Positions 1 to 12,200 of a stretch of 64,000 nucleotides of DNA are shown piece by piece; position 1 is the stretch's first letter; each line of letters begins with the position of its first letter. Origin of the DNA: Amphiscolops sp. MND2022 (lineage: Eukaryota); the NCBI GenBank assembly GCA_964187785.1, contig OZ076410.1, positions 69,192,001 to 69,256,000 on the forward strand. Reading direction: 5' to 3'. Below the pieces are notes generated by a model. It was not told where the DNA came from. It ran no database searches and was given only the letters and a program-made list of their open reading frames with translations. The position numbers and the translations under genes were made by a program.

Positions 1-181
1 TAATTGGTGATTGTACGCACCTGCGTCGGAACTCAATTGGTCATACTGAGAGTAATTTCACATCTGAAGGAGATGTCGTTCTGTAACAAACAAAGTTTGC
101 AGCTCGCTGCATTTCCGTCCCACTAAATAATTCTGTGCCCTTAAATACGTTATCACTAGACTTCAAGTAGTTTTGAGGGAG

Positions 182-379
182 ATGATAATATACATTGTTC
201 CCATTTTTGCGATTTTCGGCATTGGAGCGCAAAGTGCATTTGTGCCAGAAGAACATTTGGAGGAATGTCAATGCTTGGAGACAATAGAAGACCCATTTCT
301 CAATTTATGGGTGTCTAGCTTGGAAGAATGCTGGGAGTACTGTTCTCACATGCCCCAATGTTTCAGCATGCGTTTTTGT
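182..379 (+). CDS. Host gene exon 1: signal peptide and N-terminal part of a PAN/apple-like domain
   Basis: ATG at 182 (the ORF track starts at an upstream TTG). Hydrophobic leader MIIYIVPIFAIFGIGAQS, then SLEECWEYCSHMPQCFSMRFC. Consensus donor GTAAGT at 380, phase 0. Confidence 0.75.
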
Positions 380-888
380 GTAAGTTGCTAACCTAGTTTT
401 AGTTACTTTGTAATTTTAGCTATTCTTTGTTTTAAGATAACTCTCTAAGTTTTGAGTTGAACTCTATTTTCTGGTTGTTTTAATAAAGCAGACCAATCAA
501 TTGCTTCACAATGCTCTCTTCAATATCAAATCATACTTATCCACGGGTTTTTTGTGAAGTTATAGGTGTAGTTTTGCAAGGTACTTAAATAACTTATAAT
601 TGAGTGAATTTTTTTGGAAAGTCCTGAGCAGTTATTAGAGATCACCGACATACTCAAGTGAACTTAGAGTAGTCATCAATCAACCATGTGAACGGGTCAA
701 CCAATGCATCGTACGACTATTTCGAGCAAAATGCCTCAACATGTTTTCAACATGCTCGCAAGAACTTTGTTTGAGACTACAGTGATAATTAGGTTTTTGA
801 TTCCACTTTGCTGACGTATTATATTTAGGGTTGAATATACATGGATTGGATAATCATGTTTTTGTGGGTTTTGCTTTGTGATGTTTAG

Positions 889-1069
889 CCACTATACGGC
901 CAGTGTGAACTCTTCGACATGAACTCCATAGTGTACAAACGGACAGCGCTCAAAGCTGGGGTTTGTGAACATAAGGACAGGCCCATGGCAGCAAAACACT
1001 TTCTGGTGAAGTCAAGAAGCTTCGGCGAAACGAAGGATTGTGAGGACTTACTGGCCGCGGGTGACTCAG
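889..1069 (+). CDS. Host gene exon 2: end of PAN-like domain, linker, start of GON/FReD-like domain
   Basis: Acceptor tgtttAG at 887-888. The phase-0 join gives CWEYCSHMPQCFSMRFC-PLYGQCELF (PAN-type Cys spacing). The exon ends KDCEDLLAAGDS-g with donor GT at 1070, phase 1. Confidence 0.7.
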
Positions 1070-1233
1070 GTCTGAATGCTGAATTTGTTACGACTAAAAT
1101 ATAATTGGTACTTCATTGGAATTGAAGTTAAGTCTATCTAAAAGGCAGATCCAGAAAATGTACAGTGGTGATTTTAGAGTAAGCAACATAGCACGCGGAA
1201 AGAGACCGAAAGTGAGAAAATGGCATATCAATA

Positions 1234-2730
1234 TGTAGCAGGCTGCCGCCTGTGATGGCATTCTCTACCGAATAACGCCTGAAAGTGACCAAACTAACCC
1301 AGGACCGGGGGTCTTGCCCATATAAACTCTTCTGCCTACCTAAAAAGGTTTACAATAATAAACTGATGCAAGTTAATAACTTTGAAACCTGTACAATCAC
1401 TATTTTATACATCATGTATTTTCTACAATTTGACCAAAGGTCAACTGGACGGCAACTCCACATTTGAACTGTGACAAGTGCTGATTTGATACCATTTTAT
1501 ACAGCATACTGCAATCTTGATGTGCTAGAGAACAAAGTTGGAAGTGCCTTAATATACAGCGATACAAGCATGAAAGCGTGAAAACGCACTTAGCTGGTAG
1601 GTAAACTACTGCATTCAAACCGACGTGTAGTCAAACCTTTATTTCAACCAATCAGAACGCAGTATGGAATATCCACTGCAGTCATACTGACGCTAGGTCA
1701 GATTTGATGTATAGATAAATATTAAAGTTGTCGCCTCATGAATTGTTGCCTTTGAAGTAGAATTAGTTTCATGTAAATTGACATGTTGTTAGTTTGATAC
1801 TATTTATAACCTCCCCCCTAAAGTGACGCAATGTCACCACCCCCAGTCTATTTTTGAATCAGATGACGTAATTACTGAATTCGAGCTAAATTTAGCCTGA
1901 CCTTAATCCAAATTTAGTAACATGACGTGCGAATTTAGACTTGTCATGCTGTTACAGCTATTATTACGCGGAAATTGATCTGAAAGGAATCATTCTTTGA
2001 TAAACGAAATACTCTCAATACGCAACTTTGTTCATTTGTAACTTTCACCAATTCATTGTTGAACTGAATTTCCTCTCTTGAATATGCCTTCAACTAGAAA
2101 GCAGAAAGCTAAAGAGAAACACTCACGTCAGCTGACGTTATGTCAGACATTGAAAATCTTGATGTTATGTTAGGGAGTTATCAAAGGGATAACAGTAAAA
2201 TACAGGATAGAACAAGTGAAAACGGAATAGACTTAGGGTCAAATGGACGAGAAGATAGTTCAAATCAAAATGAAAATAACTACAGGTCTTACCTGAATAC
2301 TAACCTGAGTGAAAATAGTTGTTTGACTGTTGAAACTAGTAGAGCGATTAGCTCAGAAATTTCATCACAGATGTCAAGGAAGTTTGAAGAATTGCAATCT
2401 AGCCTAAACTCCCAGATATTGGACGTTATAAACACTGCAATTGACACTAGAGTGTTGCCCAGCATCAAAAATGCTGTAAGGATACATAATTCAGCAAAAA
2501 ATACAAGTTTGGACCTTCGGTCACACGGACTGCATCAAGATAATGCAGCTCAAGGAAATTCTCAGAAGGACCTTCGGTCAAATAGACTGCATCCAGAAAA
2601 TGCTAATATATCGGTCCAGGATGCTCAGAATGAGTTTCCAAGATTATTATCGATTAAAAGTAGCCAAACAAATTGCTGTAGAGAGAATTCAGTTGATTCT
2701 CACAAAGTGGGGATGAATTTGGTTACGACA
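1234..2730 (+). repeat. E1 5' LTR (1,497 bp, TG...CA)
   Basis: Starts TGTAGC, ends ...ttacgaCA directly before TGGTG. Positions 1234-2088 match 23420-24263. Confidence 0.85.
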
Positions 2731-2741
2731 TGGTGCCAACC
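2731..2741 (+). promoter_or_regulatory. E1 primer-binding site, apparently damaged by a 7-bp deletion
   Basis: TGGTGCCAACC directly after the LTR CA. E2 has (C)GGTGACAGGA at the same position. Inserting GACAGGA restores the gag frame from the ATG at 2730 to the codon at 2783. Confidence 0.6.
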
Positions 2742-3834
2742 TTACCCCTCCAACGGCCCCTGAGTTTCTGACTGGACGGCCCGTGCAATCCCGAAATAAA
2801 ACTCCGCATCAACAGTGTGTCAACAATGACACGCTTGACACAACCATCCCGGCACAAATACCAACAGTCCCCACCAATAGCCGAGATGTACCTTCCGAAC
2901 CACCAGTAGACCCCATCAATCGACTTGCTGACGTGATTATGGGCATGAACAACAAACCATCGGCACAGACACTGATGATACGACCAGTCAGTACGACCAC
3001 ACTGACATTTGATGGCAAATCTGAAAAATTTGAACTGTTTGAAGATCTTTTTCACACGATGATAAAAATGCAACCGGACAAGATCGAAACAATGAAAATC
3101 AATCATTTTCATTCACTGCTGCGCAAAAACGCACTACAGACATTCCGTAACATCAATTCAGCCAATAGACAAACCTTGGAAGATATACTAGCGGTCGTCC
3201 GTAGGAAATTTGTCAAACCTGAGTCCCAGGCAACCGCCAAACACAAATGGCATAAACTGATATTTGACCCGAATACTATGAAATTGCCTGATTTTCTTGA
3301 AGAACTTAATTAAGATGCTGAAAAAGCCTTTGGGGAACATGCTCAGGCAATGATTGACAGTCTGCTTTATGCTAAATTGCCGCCCAAACTGAAACGTTCA
3401 GTCAATATGGTGGGACTTGAAAATGCTACCTACGACGAGATTGTCACACACCTTGAACGTGAATTGGAGTTGAATGGACTTGAGGAAGGCGACGACATTC
3501 ACGTCCCGACAATGTCCACAGCCCCGACAGCAACACGACCGGGTACTGGCCTCCTCTCATCCGACATTGACCCAAATATTACTTGCAATTATTGCAAAAA
3601 ACCTGGGCATGTCTAAGATGACTGCCGAAAACTCAAAAGAAAGGAGGAACAACGCCGCAATGACGGGCAGGATACCAAGAAAATTTATCGAAAATGTCCA
3701 ACTTGCTACAAAACGAACCACTCGGCCGAACGATGTCGGAAAGGCGCAGGAGCGCCTTCTAAAACAGAGGAAACTACCATGAGTCAAGATGACTCCATCA
3801 ATAACAACCCCACCACCTCCATTCTCAAAAACCC

Positions 3835-3844
3835 AAAAAACTAG
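3835..3844 (+). promoter_or_regulatory. Putative -1 ribosomal frameshift site A AAA AAC followed by the gag stop
   Basis: AAAAAAC (3835-3841) then TAG. The same heptamer plus TGA occurs in E2 at 32421-32430. Confidence 0.55.
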
Positions 3845-6800
3845 ATTCGCCACGACTCTACTTTAAAGAAAAACTACGCGTCAGAGAAAATACAATTTCT
3901 GACCCTTCCACTATTTATTACACTGAATACTATTCATGACTTAAAGAAATTTCATCAGCTGACTGGCAGCAGCAGGTGAAAAATACCCCTACCGAACTAC
4001 ACGACTTGGACTACCAGTCCGATAGACAGCAATACGATAATAATACTATTCGTCCTCTCCCGCTCATAGATAACTACCATCCCTATTATCTAGACCCAGA
4101 CTTTGGCTTTGACCCCTACTGGGACACTCAGACCTACAACCAACATCATCTTCATTTCTATAACTATTTCCATAAAAATTTTACGGAAATAGAACCCGAT
4201 TCGTATGAAACTGACCAAAATCTCAACGTGGCCCTGACCGAGGCTCTTGTAGACCCATGGCAAAGAAAATGGACTGCCACCAATCTAGCAATTCAAGATG
4301 AACCAATGAAGGCGTCTTCTCAAGTCGGACCTGTGGTCACGCTAACTGCAACGGTGGAAGAACGATTTGTGAACACGCTAATTTCACGAGACGGTGAACC
4401 CGACTACGTCCCGTTGACTATCAACCTCGAACTAAAATACAAGAGACGCAAGCTCTACTTTCTAACGGATTCTGGCGAACAAAAATTAGATGGCCTTGTA
4501 GACACGGTAGCCCTATCTAGCGCGATCCCAGAAGCTCATCTACGTAAAAATCCGAGTATTAGCCCCTCAGTCGATAATCAAAGAGGGCCCAGCTCCAAAT
4601 TTCCAAGTTATGGTTGCTAACGGACACCTGGAAACTCCAAAGAGCACTGTCGAACTCAAATTTGAGGTAGGAGACATCAATTTCCATGAGATCTTTATAG
4701 TTATGGAATTACATACAAGCCCGTTATGTGGCCTTTCCTTCCTCCAAAAGAACAATACTATAAAAGATATGCGACAGGACATCCTACATTTTCCATTCTT
4801 TTCCTTGCAATTGAAAACAGCGGACCACAAGTGCACCAACGTCATGGAACCTATCTGCGCACGGGAGGATATAACTATTCCCCCAATGACAGACACATGG
4901 TCCCCATGTATTCCCAACTATATGATGACACAACTGTCACCGGTATCCTTCAACCAAGCAATGACCTTGCAGAAGATGGAGATATAACTTTCTGAGCTGC
5001 TCTAGTCACCCTGACCCATGGTCAGGTTACATTTCATGTGAACAACTTCACTGATCAATCTTACACCCTCAAAAGAGGTTCGCACATCGCAAATTTCTCT
5101 GTACTCACACCAGAACAGATGAAATACGTCAAACCCATTGACCCGGTGACCACATGGCACCTTTTACAAGACAATCCCGAAAATGCTGCCTATTATGGCA
5201 GCAGTCTGATCAAATCTCCGAAAACTGCCGACGACAGCGAAAACTATTGGTTCCCTACCCCAGAAGAACCTGGAGACACTCAGACACATACACCGATCCA
5301 ACAACGGATTATGAAGGAATTACGAAACCTCCAAGAATTAGAGAAACTTAACCCTCAAGATGGCCCTGAGTCTAGACAACAGTTTCTCGCTAACTTTGAT
5401 TGAGCTGACTCGACACTAAATCCAACAGAAATCGTCCAAATTGAAGAGCTGCTTGTCGAATTTCACGACATTTTTGCTCGACACCGCTTTGATATAGGCA
5501 TGAATGAAAACTTCGAGGTCAAATTGACTCCTAAAGATGACTCCCCTGCCTATAGTGAAAACTTGCCCACACAAAATTAATCTCAAGGAAGATATCCTTG
5601 TTGAACTAGCACTATTACATAGATATGGGAATATATCAACCCTCCCGTTTTCCAAATATGCATGTCCCATTTTTGACCTGAAAAAACCTAATGGCAATCT
5701 ACGACTCTTGGTCGACATCCGAAAGATCAATAATTTGATCTCCGATGACTACATCAACAATAATCATCCTGCAGTACGTTACCAGATGCCGCGCAACAGA
5801 TGGCAGGCGAACGATTATTTTGCAAGCTAGACTGTTCTCAAGCATATCACTGCCTACAGATGACTGACCGGAGGTCAATTGAGATGCTGGCTTTTAACTT
5901 TGCCAGCGGAACCTTTGCCTATCGCAGACTTGCGCAAGGTCTGAGTAGGGCCCTGTCAGCCTTCTCGAGCTTTATGCGTGAATATCTGGACAAGGTGATC
6001 AAAGCAGACTAATGCGCTCAGTACGTAGATGATATTGGACTTGCTGCCAACGTTGCTACGCAACTTATCAACAATCTGCGGGCAACCTTTGAGTGCATTA
6101 GGACCGCAGTTCTCAAACTAACGATGCATAAATGCCATTTTGGAGCCAGAGATATTGACTTCCTGAGACGTACCATCACTCCTACTCCTGAAGGTGTGCG
6201 GCCACAACGACCCAGGGTCCAAAACTTCCTAGAGAAAACGAAACTTCCAAAATCCAAAAAAGCACTCCAAAGATAGTTGGGCTTCCTGAACTACCATCGT
6301 AATTACATCCCAAGACTTTCAGAAAAACTGACTCCATTTTTCAAACTACTGAAAAATGACGCTAAGGTCACAGTGACGTCTGATCTGTTAGAACAATTCA
6401 CCGAGATCAACAAATCTCTTGACCGATGTTGTGAACTTTCCCTCAAACAACCACTGCCCAACAAACAAATAGCATCAATGACTGATGCTAGTTTTTCGGC
6501 AGCAGGTTATGCAGTTCTCATCGAGGATGATCCGAAGAAAAAATATAGTTCAATGCGGAAAGCTTTGCACCAGTAGCATATGGATCCAAGACCTTTAGTC
6601 CCGCCCAATTGAAGATGTCCATCTATGCGAAAGAATTCTTAGCAATTCTCTTCGCTTTTAAAGAATTTGAACACATCTTTTGGGGGACCCCGAAACCGGT
6701 GATCATACTAACAGACAACAAGTCCGTAACTCGCTTTGTTCAAACTAAAATCATTCCACCCACTCGGTGGATCGCGTTTGACTATGTTATCCAGTTCACT

Positions 6801-9026
6801 TTCACCATCGCCCATTTACCAGGCAAACACAACACCGCAGCTGACTATTTGTCACGCTTAGAAATCTGTCCTAAAGAGAAACTCATATCCCGCACACGGG
6901 AGGACATATCGACGTCGCCCATCGAACTCAACGTCCAATCGGCTGGAGTAACTGAATAACTGAAGAGGACCAGATATTTTTTACAGACGACGACGACGGA
7001 ACCGAAGAGCAAATATGGCAACGGAAAAAGGACGCCAGGTCCCTTCCGACAAACCAAGTACCTGACATTTTCCTTGAAAAACTCAGTGTCCACAGCAGTG
7101 CTTGTTCACAACAGACAACCTTACAAAAGCTGACAAATATAACAACCATGACAATTGAACAGCAAATTGATGTAATTTTGCACCAAAGACGTCCAAAACT
7201 GCAGAAAGAAGACTATTCGGAGACGATTCTACAGCAGGATATACGTTACCGACACTACTGCAGTCAACTTGACCGTCTGTCCGTGCAGGAAGACATCGTC
7301 ATCAGAGGTTATTATGACGAAACAGGAAACGTACAATATCACCAGGCACTTTTATCAAAACACCTAGTGTCAGAATTACTCCAATCACTACATGGAACGG
7401 CAAATAAACATCCAAGAATTTCCAAGATGCTTTATGAAATCCGTCAAAAATACTACTATCCAGGAACTGCAAAGATCGTCTTAAAATGGGTCCAAGGTTG
7501 TGAAATATGCATGAAAGATAAAAGAACCAAAAATCAATCAATAACGCCGGATCTACTCAATTTGCCCGAATGGGATCTTGGTTCTGAGGACACCTTACAA
7601 ATTGATCTTTCACCTAACCTCCCACCGAGTGGAGGATATGAAAATATCATTACTGCACTTGACGGCTTCTCCAGATACCTATTCACCTATCCTGTGGTCG
7701 ACGCCTCAGCCTTTGGCACGGCAAAAGTAATCATCGATATCATGACGAGACATGCCTACCTACCGACTACCCTGATTACTGACAAAGGAACAGCATTTAC
7801 ATCACGTCTAGTTGAAGAGGTTGCAAAAATGTTGGGAATTCAGATTAAATGTGCAACAACGAAGCAACCAAAAACAATAGGTAAATTAGAGAGAACTCAT
7901 GCCAGCCTTAAGAGCAACCTTAAAATGGCTTCTGGTGAATATCGTCGCCAATGGGCCTACAATCGTCGCCTACCATTGGCTGTTCTCAATTACAATACTA
8001 CTTACCATTAAAGCATCGGATGTGAACCTTCCAGGATTTTTCATGGAAGAGTACCATATAACATCCTAGACCATCGGTTAGGACTAAACTAGAAACCAAA
8101 GATTCTACCTACAGCAGATTTTGCTGAAGAATTACAAAGACGTACTCAAATTCTCATAGATAAGACAAAGAAAAACATCATGCACTCGTACTTAAAGTAT
8201 AAAGAATATTATGACCGCAAAGCCAAAGCAGCCCCATTACAACAGGGTGACTATTGTTTTATACTACAGCCACTCCACTAGCAGACCATCAAGGGTCAAA
8301 AATTCCGTTTCAAGAATTCCGGTGGATTGGACCACATGTCATCGAAAAGGTTTTACCGAATGAAAACTACATCGTCCGAAAACTCAACTCTAATAAAACA
8401 CAAATCTTACACCGCATACGATTACGAAAATATACTCCAAATACAGAGGTACGTGATGTTCGTCCGGAAGGAAACTTACAGCTGATGATGAAATTATTAT
8501 ACCGCAGGATGATCTTTACATTACTTCCTAGGAGACAGAATTTGACGATTTTCCGCAAAATTCCGAAATCAAAAACGCTTCTGACGATTTTCCAATGAAT
8601 TCTGATCAACGGGACACTATACTTACAAATTTGGACCTTGCGGCCCACTCGACGCGACGAAAATACTAATGACGCTACTACTGAGCAGCGTGGAGATGAA
8701 CTTGACGAATTGGACCTTCGGTCCGCTGGACTGCAACGCGATACTAACTCAACTGAGTCTGAGCAACTGTCTGAACAATCGGCAGAGAATGCGGCTGACG
8801 CGGACCATAGGTCCACTGGACAGCAATCGACTACTGATTTCGAAACTGGTCCGGCCACCTCTAGGATCACCTCAGAGGCAGGAGCTTCTGACTTTTGAAA
8901 TCCGTGCCCGTTTTATCAGACAAAGAAACAGATGATTCAGTTGTAGAGAATGAAAGTCCCAGGGGAGGAAAATATAATTTACGCCCTAACCCTACCCCCA
9001 ACTTCACTGATGAATACAGATACTAG
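3845..9026 (+). pseudogene. pol: E1 pol: aspartic protease, RT, RNase H, integrase (multiple stops and frameshifts)
   Basis: Protease LVDTVALSSA (DTG motif mutated, ~4495-4525). RT: KLDCSQAYH and QYVDD (~6022-6033). RNase H: TDASF, YAKEFLA, LTDNKS. Integrase: HHCC finger, LQIDL, ITDKGTAF, GKLERTH, WIGP. Ends PNFTDEYRY* at 9026. Confidence 0.95.
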
Positions 9027-9282
9027 AAAGAAAAGTTGAATTCATTGCCCCCCCCGGATTCTTTTCCAATAAATAGTATCTTTATGGGGCTTGGTCCGAC
9101 TTGCAGACAGAATAAGACTTGGTTTCAAAATTGACACAAACAAATGACCAACAATACAAATACGCAACCTAACTGATATAAATAACAGTATAAAGAGGAA
9201 ACTGAACAAATATGCAGTCTATAAACAATTGTACATGTGTACAATTAAAAATTAGAACAACTTGCGGACAACAAGTTCTTAA

Positions 9283-12200
9283 CAGACTGTGCCAACTCCT
9301 TCCTATCAAGGAAATGAGTCATCTTCTTAGCTGATCCAGACGTCTTGGACTTGTCTGGCTTGCTGACAACGGCAGGTTTGGAAGTTGACGCTAAATCTTG
9401 ACTGCCACTCTATGCTCTACTAGAATCCAACTGCTCTAGAATACCAGCGAGACAAACAAAATCCACACCGTCCCAAGGAATATTTACATCTGAAGTCCCA
9501 ACCCCAACGAAAGTAGGCTCGAGTCGGAGGAAAGCAGCAATAGAATTGTCGGAACTAACAGATTCCATACCATTAGTCACGTTCTGAAAGTAGGATTGAA
9601 CGGGCAATACCCCATCCACAAAACCACTCGTTGGATTTTCAGAATCCACTGAGCCAAATTTAACAGGAGGAAGAGTCTGAAATGGCTCGTCTAGACACAA
9701 GCTAGCAAAACGGAAAAGCTTCTGTAACAATGGTCGGCTATGGAGGGAAGGCTGCTCAATGAGGAAATTAACAGTATCTCGGATGAAGAGGACCGGCTGA
9801 TGCAATTCGGGATACTTACGCCGGAGTTCGTCAACAAATGACCTGTATTCCTCGTGACACTCAGCCTCTTGACCAGAAAAAAAGTATCCTCGTAGCCGGA
9901 AACTAGTGAATAGCTGAGTAAAACAATAGTCGGCATGAGAGAGAGGGTCATGTAGTAAGGTATCCAGATCAAAGCTTCCAAGCCCTTTCATCAAATCCGT
10001 CGTGAGAGACTTTTGGCTCTGCACTGTACCAAATAAATGCAAAATGTAACTCCGGGCAGATCTTCCAAAGTCATCTTTATTTTTGTTGGCCAGAGCATCC
10101 ATTGGTAGACCCTGATTCTGCTTGTCACGTAGGTCTCTTTCAGCCATAGCTCTACAAGGGACCCGCAGTCTGAAACCCAGCTTGATCCTCGAGATAAACT
10201 CAGTAACTGTGAGAGCAGTAACCTTCTTGATGTCGAGATGCAAGATGGCTAGCCTATTCTGGTCGTCTGGCAGATCTTGGGGATTGGTACACCTTCGAGC
10301 TAACTTGAATAAATACTAACATAACTCCCGGTACAGATAAAATACTCGGTCCTTGCGTCCACTGAGGTTGATGGTGAAACTGTTAGCGTCTAAACATTAC
10401 AAGATTTGTTTTGACTGCAGTCAGGAGGACGTTAGGTACACTAAAGGGAATCACATCAGGAAATCACGCTAGACTCCATTGACCAACATGTAAAAGCGTT
10501 GCCTTAGGAAATTTCAACTTTCGTCAACAATCTAAGCATACTAACAATCCCGCGCTAAACACTGGAAGAGTTCGAGTTTAGTGGTGAACAAGACGTCGTA
10601 CATAATAGTCCCCACCAGGTGCTGAGGCTTAAAGGAAATAAAACTATGACCTAACGTCAAGGCTCTAGTAGACTTTTAGTACTTTGGTCACGAATGAACT
10701 ACCTGGTTCTTTACTCCTTGCATTTCTTGGGGGAGAGAATTCGAACTCAAGAAGTCCAAGACAGAACTCCAGTTGGCCAGTAACTCCTCGCATAACACAT
10801 GCAATTTGGCAAAACCTAACTTGCAACTTCGGATTGCCTAATACCAAACATGAAACATGAATTGACAAACTAGTGAAGACCAGACTACATGTCAAAACAG
10901 TTAACTAGCCTTTGACAGCTCAGGTGCTAAAAGGGTACAATCTAAGTTGAGGCTCCCTCCAAGGAAGACGATCAGGTACTGTAGGACTGACACAAAGTCA
11001 ATCCGCCCAAAGACACAATGGGTACGCTTGTTCATAAGTTTCTGAAGAGAAAACTCCTCGAAATTCTGTGGGCTGTGGATGGCTAAGGGAATAGGGAACT
11101 GTTGTCCACTGATTACACTAATTCCAATGAGAATCCACTGCAAGAAACTAGAGAGGGTCTTGTGGCGATGGCAGCTAAAAGTCCGGAAAGTAAGGCAACT
11201 TCTGCTGAGGTTCTTCTTAAGACCCGTCCGGTTCGTTTCGGGAGAACGCGACAAAGCTGCTTGTCCTTCCAGAATCTCAAATGGAGGAAGAGGAAAACAC
11301 CCCTCACTTCGAACTCCATTGCGTAGAAACCAGTAGACACGACGTGGTGACCAATATCATCGAGCATTTGGACGAATATGTGATGGAATAAGACCTGAAA
11401 CACAAGATAATTACGACTAAACAAAGGAAGAGCATACTCAATGGGACAAAGTAGTCAGAATGACGACTAGTCAAATTAGATGCAACCAATTATGATTATA
11501 CATTAACGCAACTTCAAACTTTGATAGTTATACTACAACAAGGAAGTATCTACGGAATTGTTCGAAAGAACTTACGGAAAGTCTCTCCTTGCCCCAGTTG
11601 AAGTCCGAGAAGAGCGCTTGGTGGTTGACAACCTTTCCAACATCCTTCCACAATCCTCTAAGAAGCCCAAGGTCACCAATTGACGGAAGAAAGTGGCGAA
11701 GAATTGAAATCTGGACCCTAACTCGATTTTCCGAGAAGGACATTATGTGGGTATTACCAGACTTGGCTTCATGGTAGTACCTCAGTTTTTCCCCGATGTC
11801 CACTAATATAGCGTCTTTAAATTGTTGATATTCCTTTTGTAAATCATTTGGCGATAGCACCTGACCCTTTCCGTCTCTGACCTGGTGGTGTATTGCTTTG
11901 GTAAGAGGATCTTCGACTGCAAGGTGCTCATATCGCCACCTCTGGTCTTTGCGGAGGTGACGTTCGGTAGAATAATGCCTCGAAATATCTTTGACGCCTC
12001 GACCGTATATTGAGATGTTCCCCTTACAAATTTGACAATAAAATTTGTAAGGGTTCCACCTTGGGTCCAACGGACCAGACACGAATGCGCGCGCCCAAGT
12101 CATCCCATTTAACAGTTCGTCTCTGAGGATCTTACTGGATCTAGTCACAGCTCTGCGAGGGTTTTTCACTTTACCCTTGGGCGTGGGCTTCTTGCGGCCC

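Larger units (their letters stand above)
2084..3844 (+). pseudogene. gag: E1 gag (starts inside the 5' LTR; two CCHC zinc knuckles), frameshifted and with stops
   Basis: MPSTRKQK at 2084; ORFs 2140-2763, 2783-3313 and 3350-3616. Knuckles CNYCKKPGHV*DDC and CPTCYKTNHSAERC. In-frame TAG at 3842-3844. Confidence 0.85.

Noticed and set aside
489-785. Cys-containing frames inside intron 1 (DQSIASQCSLQ...; VINQPCERVNQC...) as extra host exons
   Set aside because: Splice phases do not fit or stops intervene, and joining exon 1 directly to 889 already gives a complete PAN-type motif.
2723-8935. Minus-strand and alternate-frame ORFs over gag-pol (e.g. 2723-3112, 4567-4917, 8367-8870)
   Set aside because: Shadow ORFs of the Gypsy coding strand with no motifs of their own; the same applies to most short track ORFs over E2 and the Polinton.
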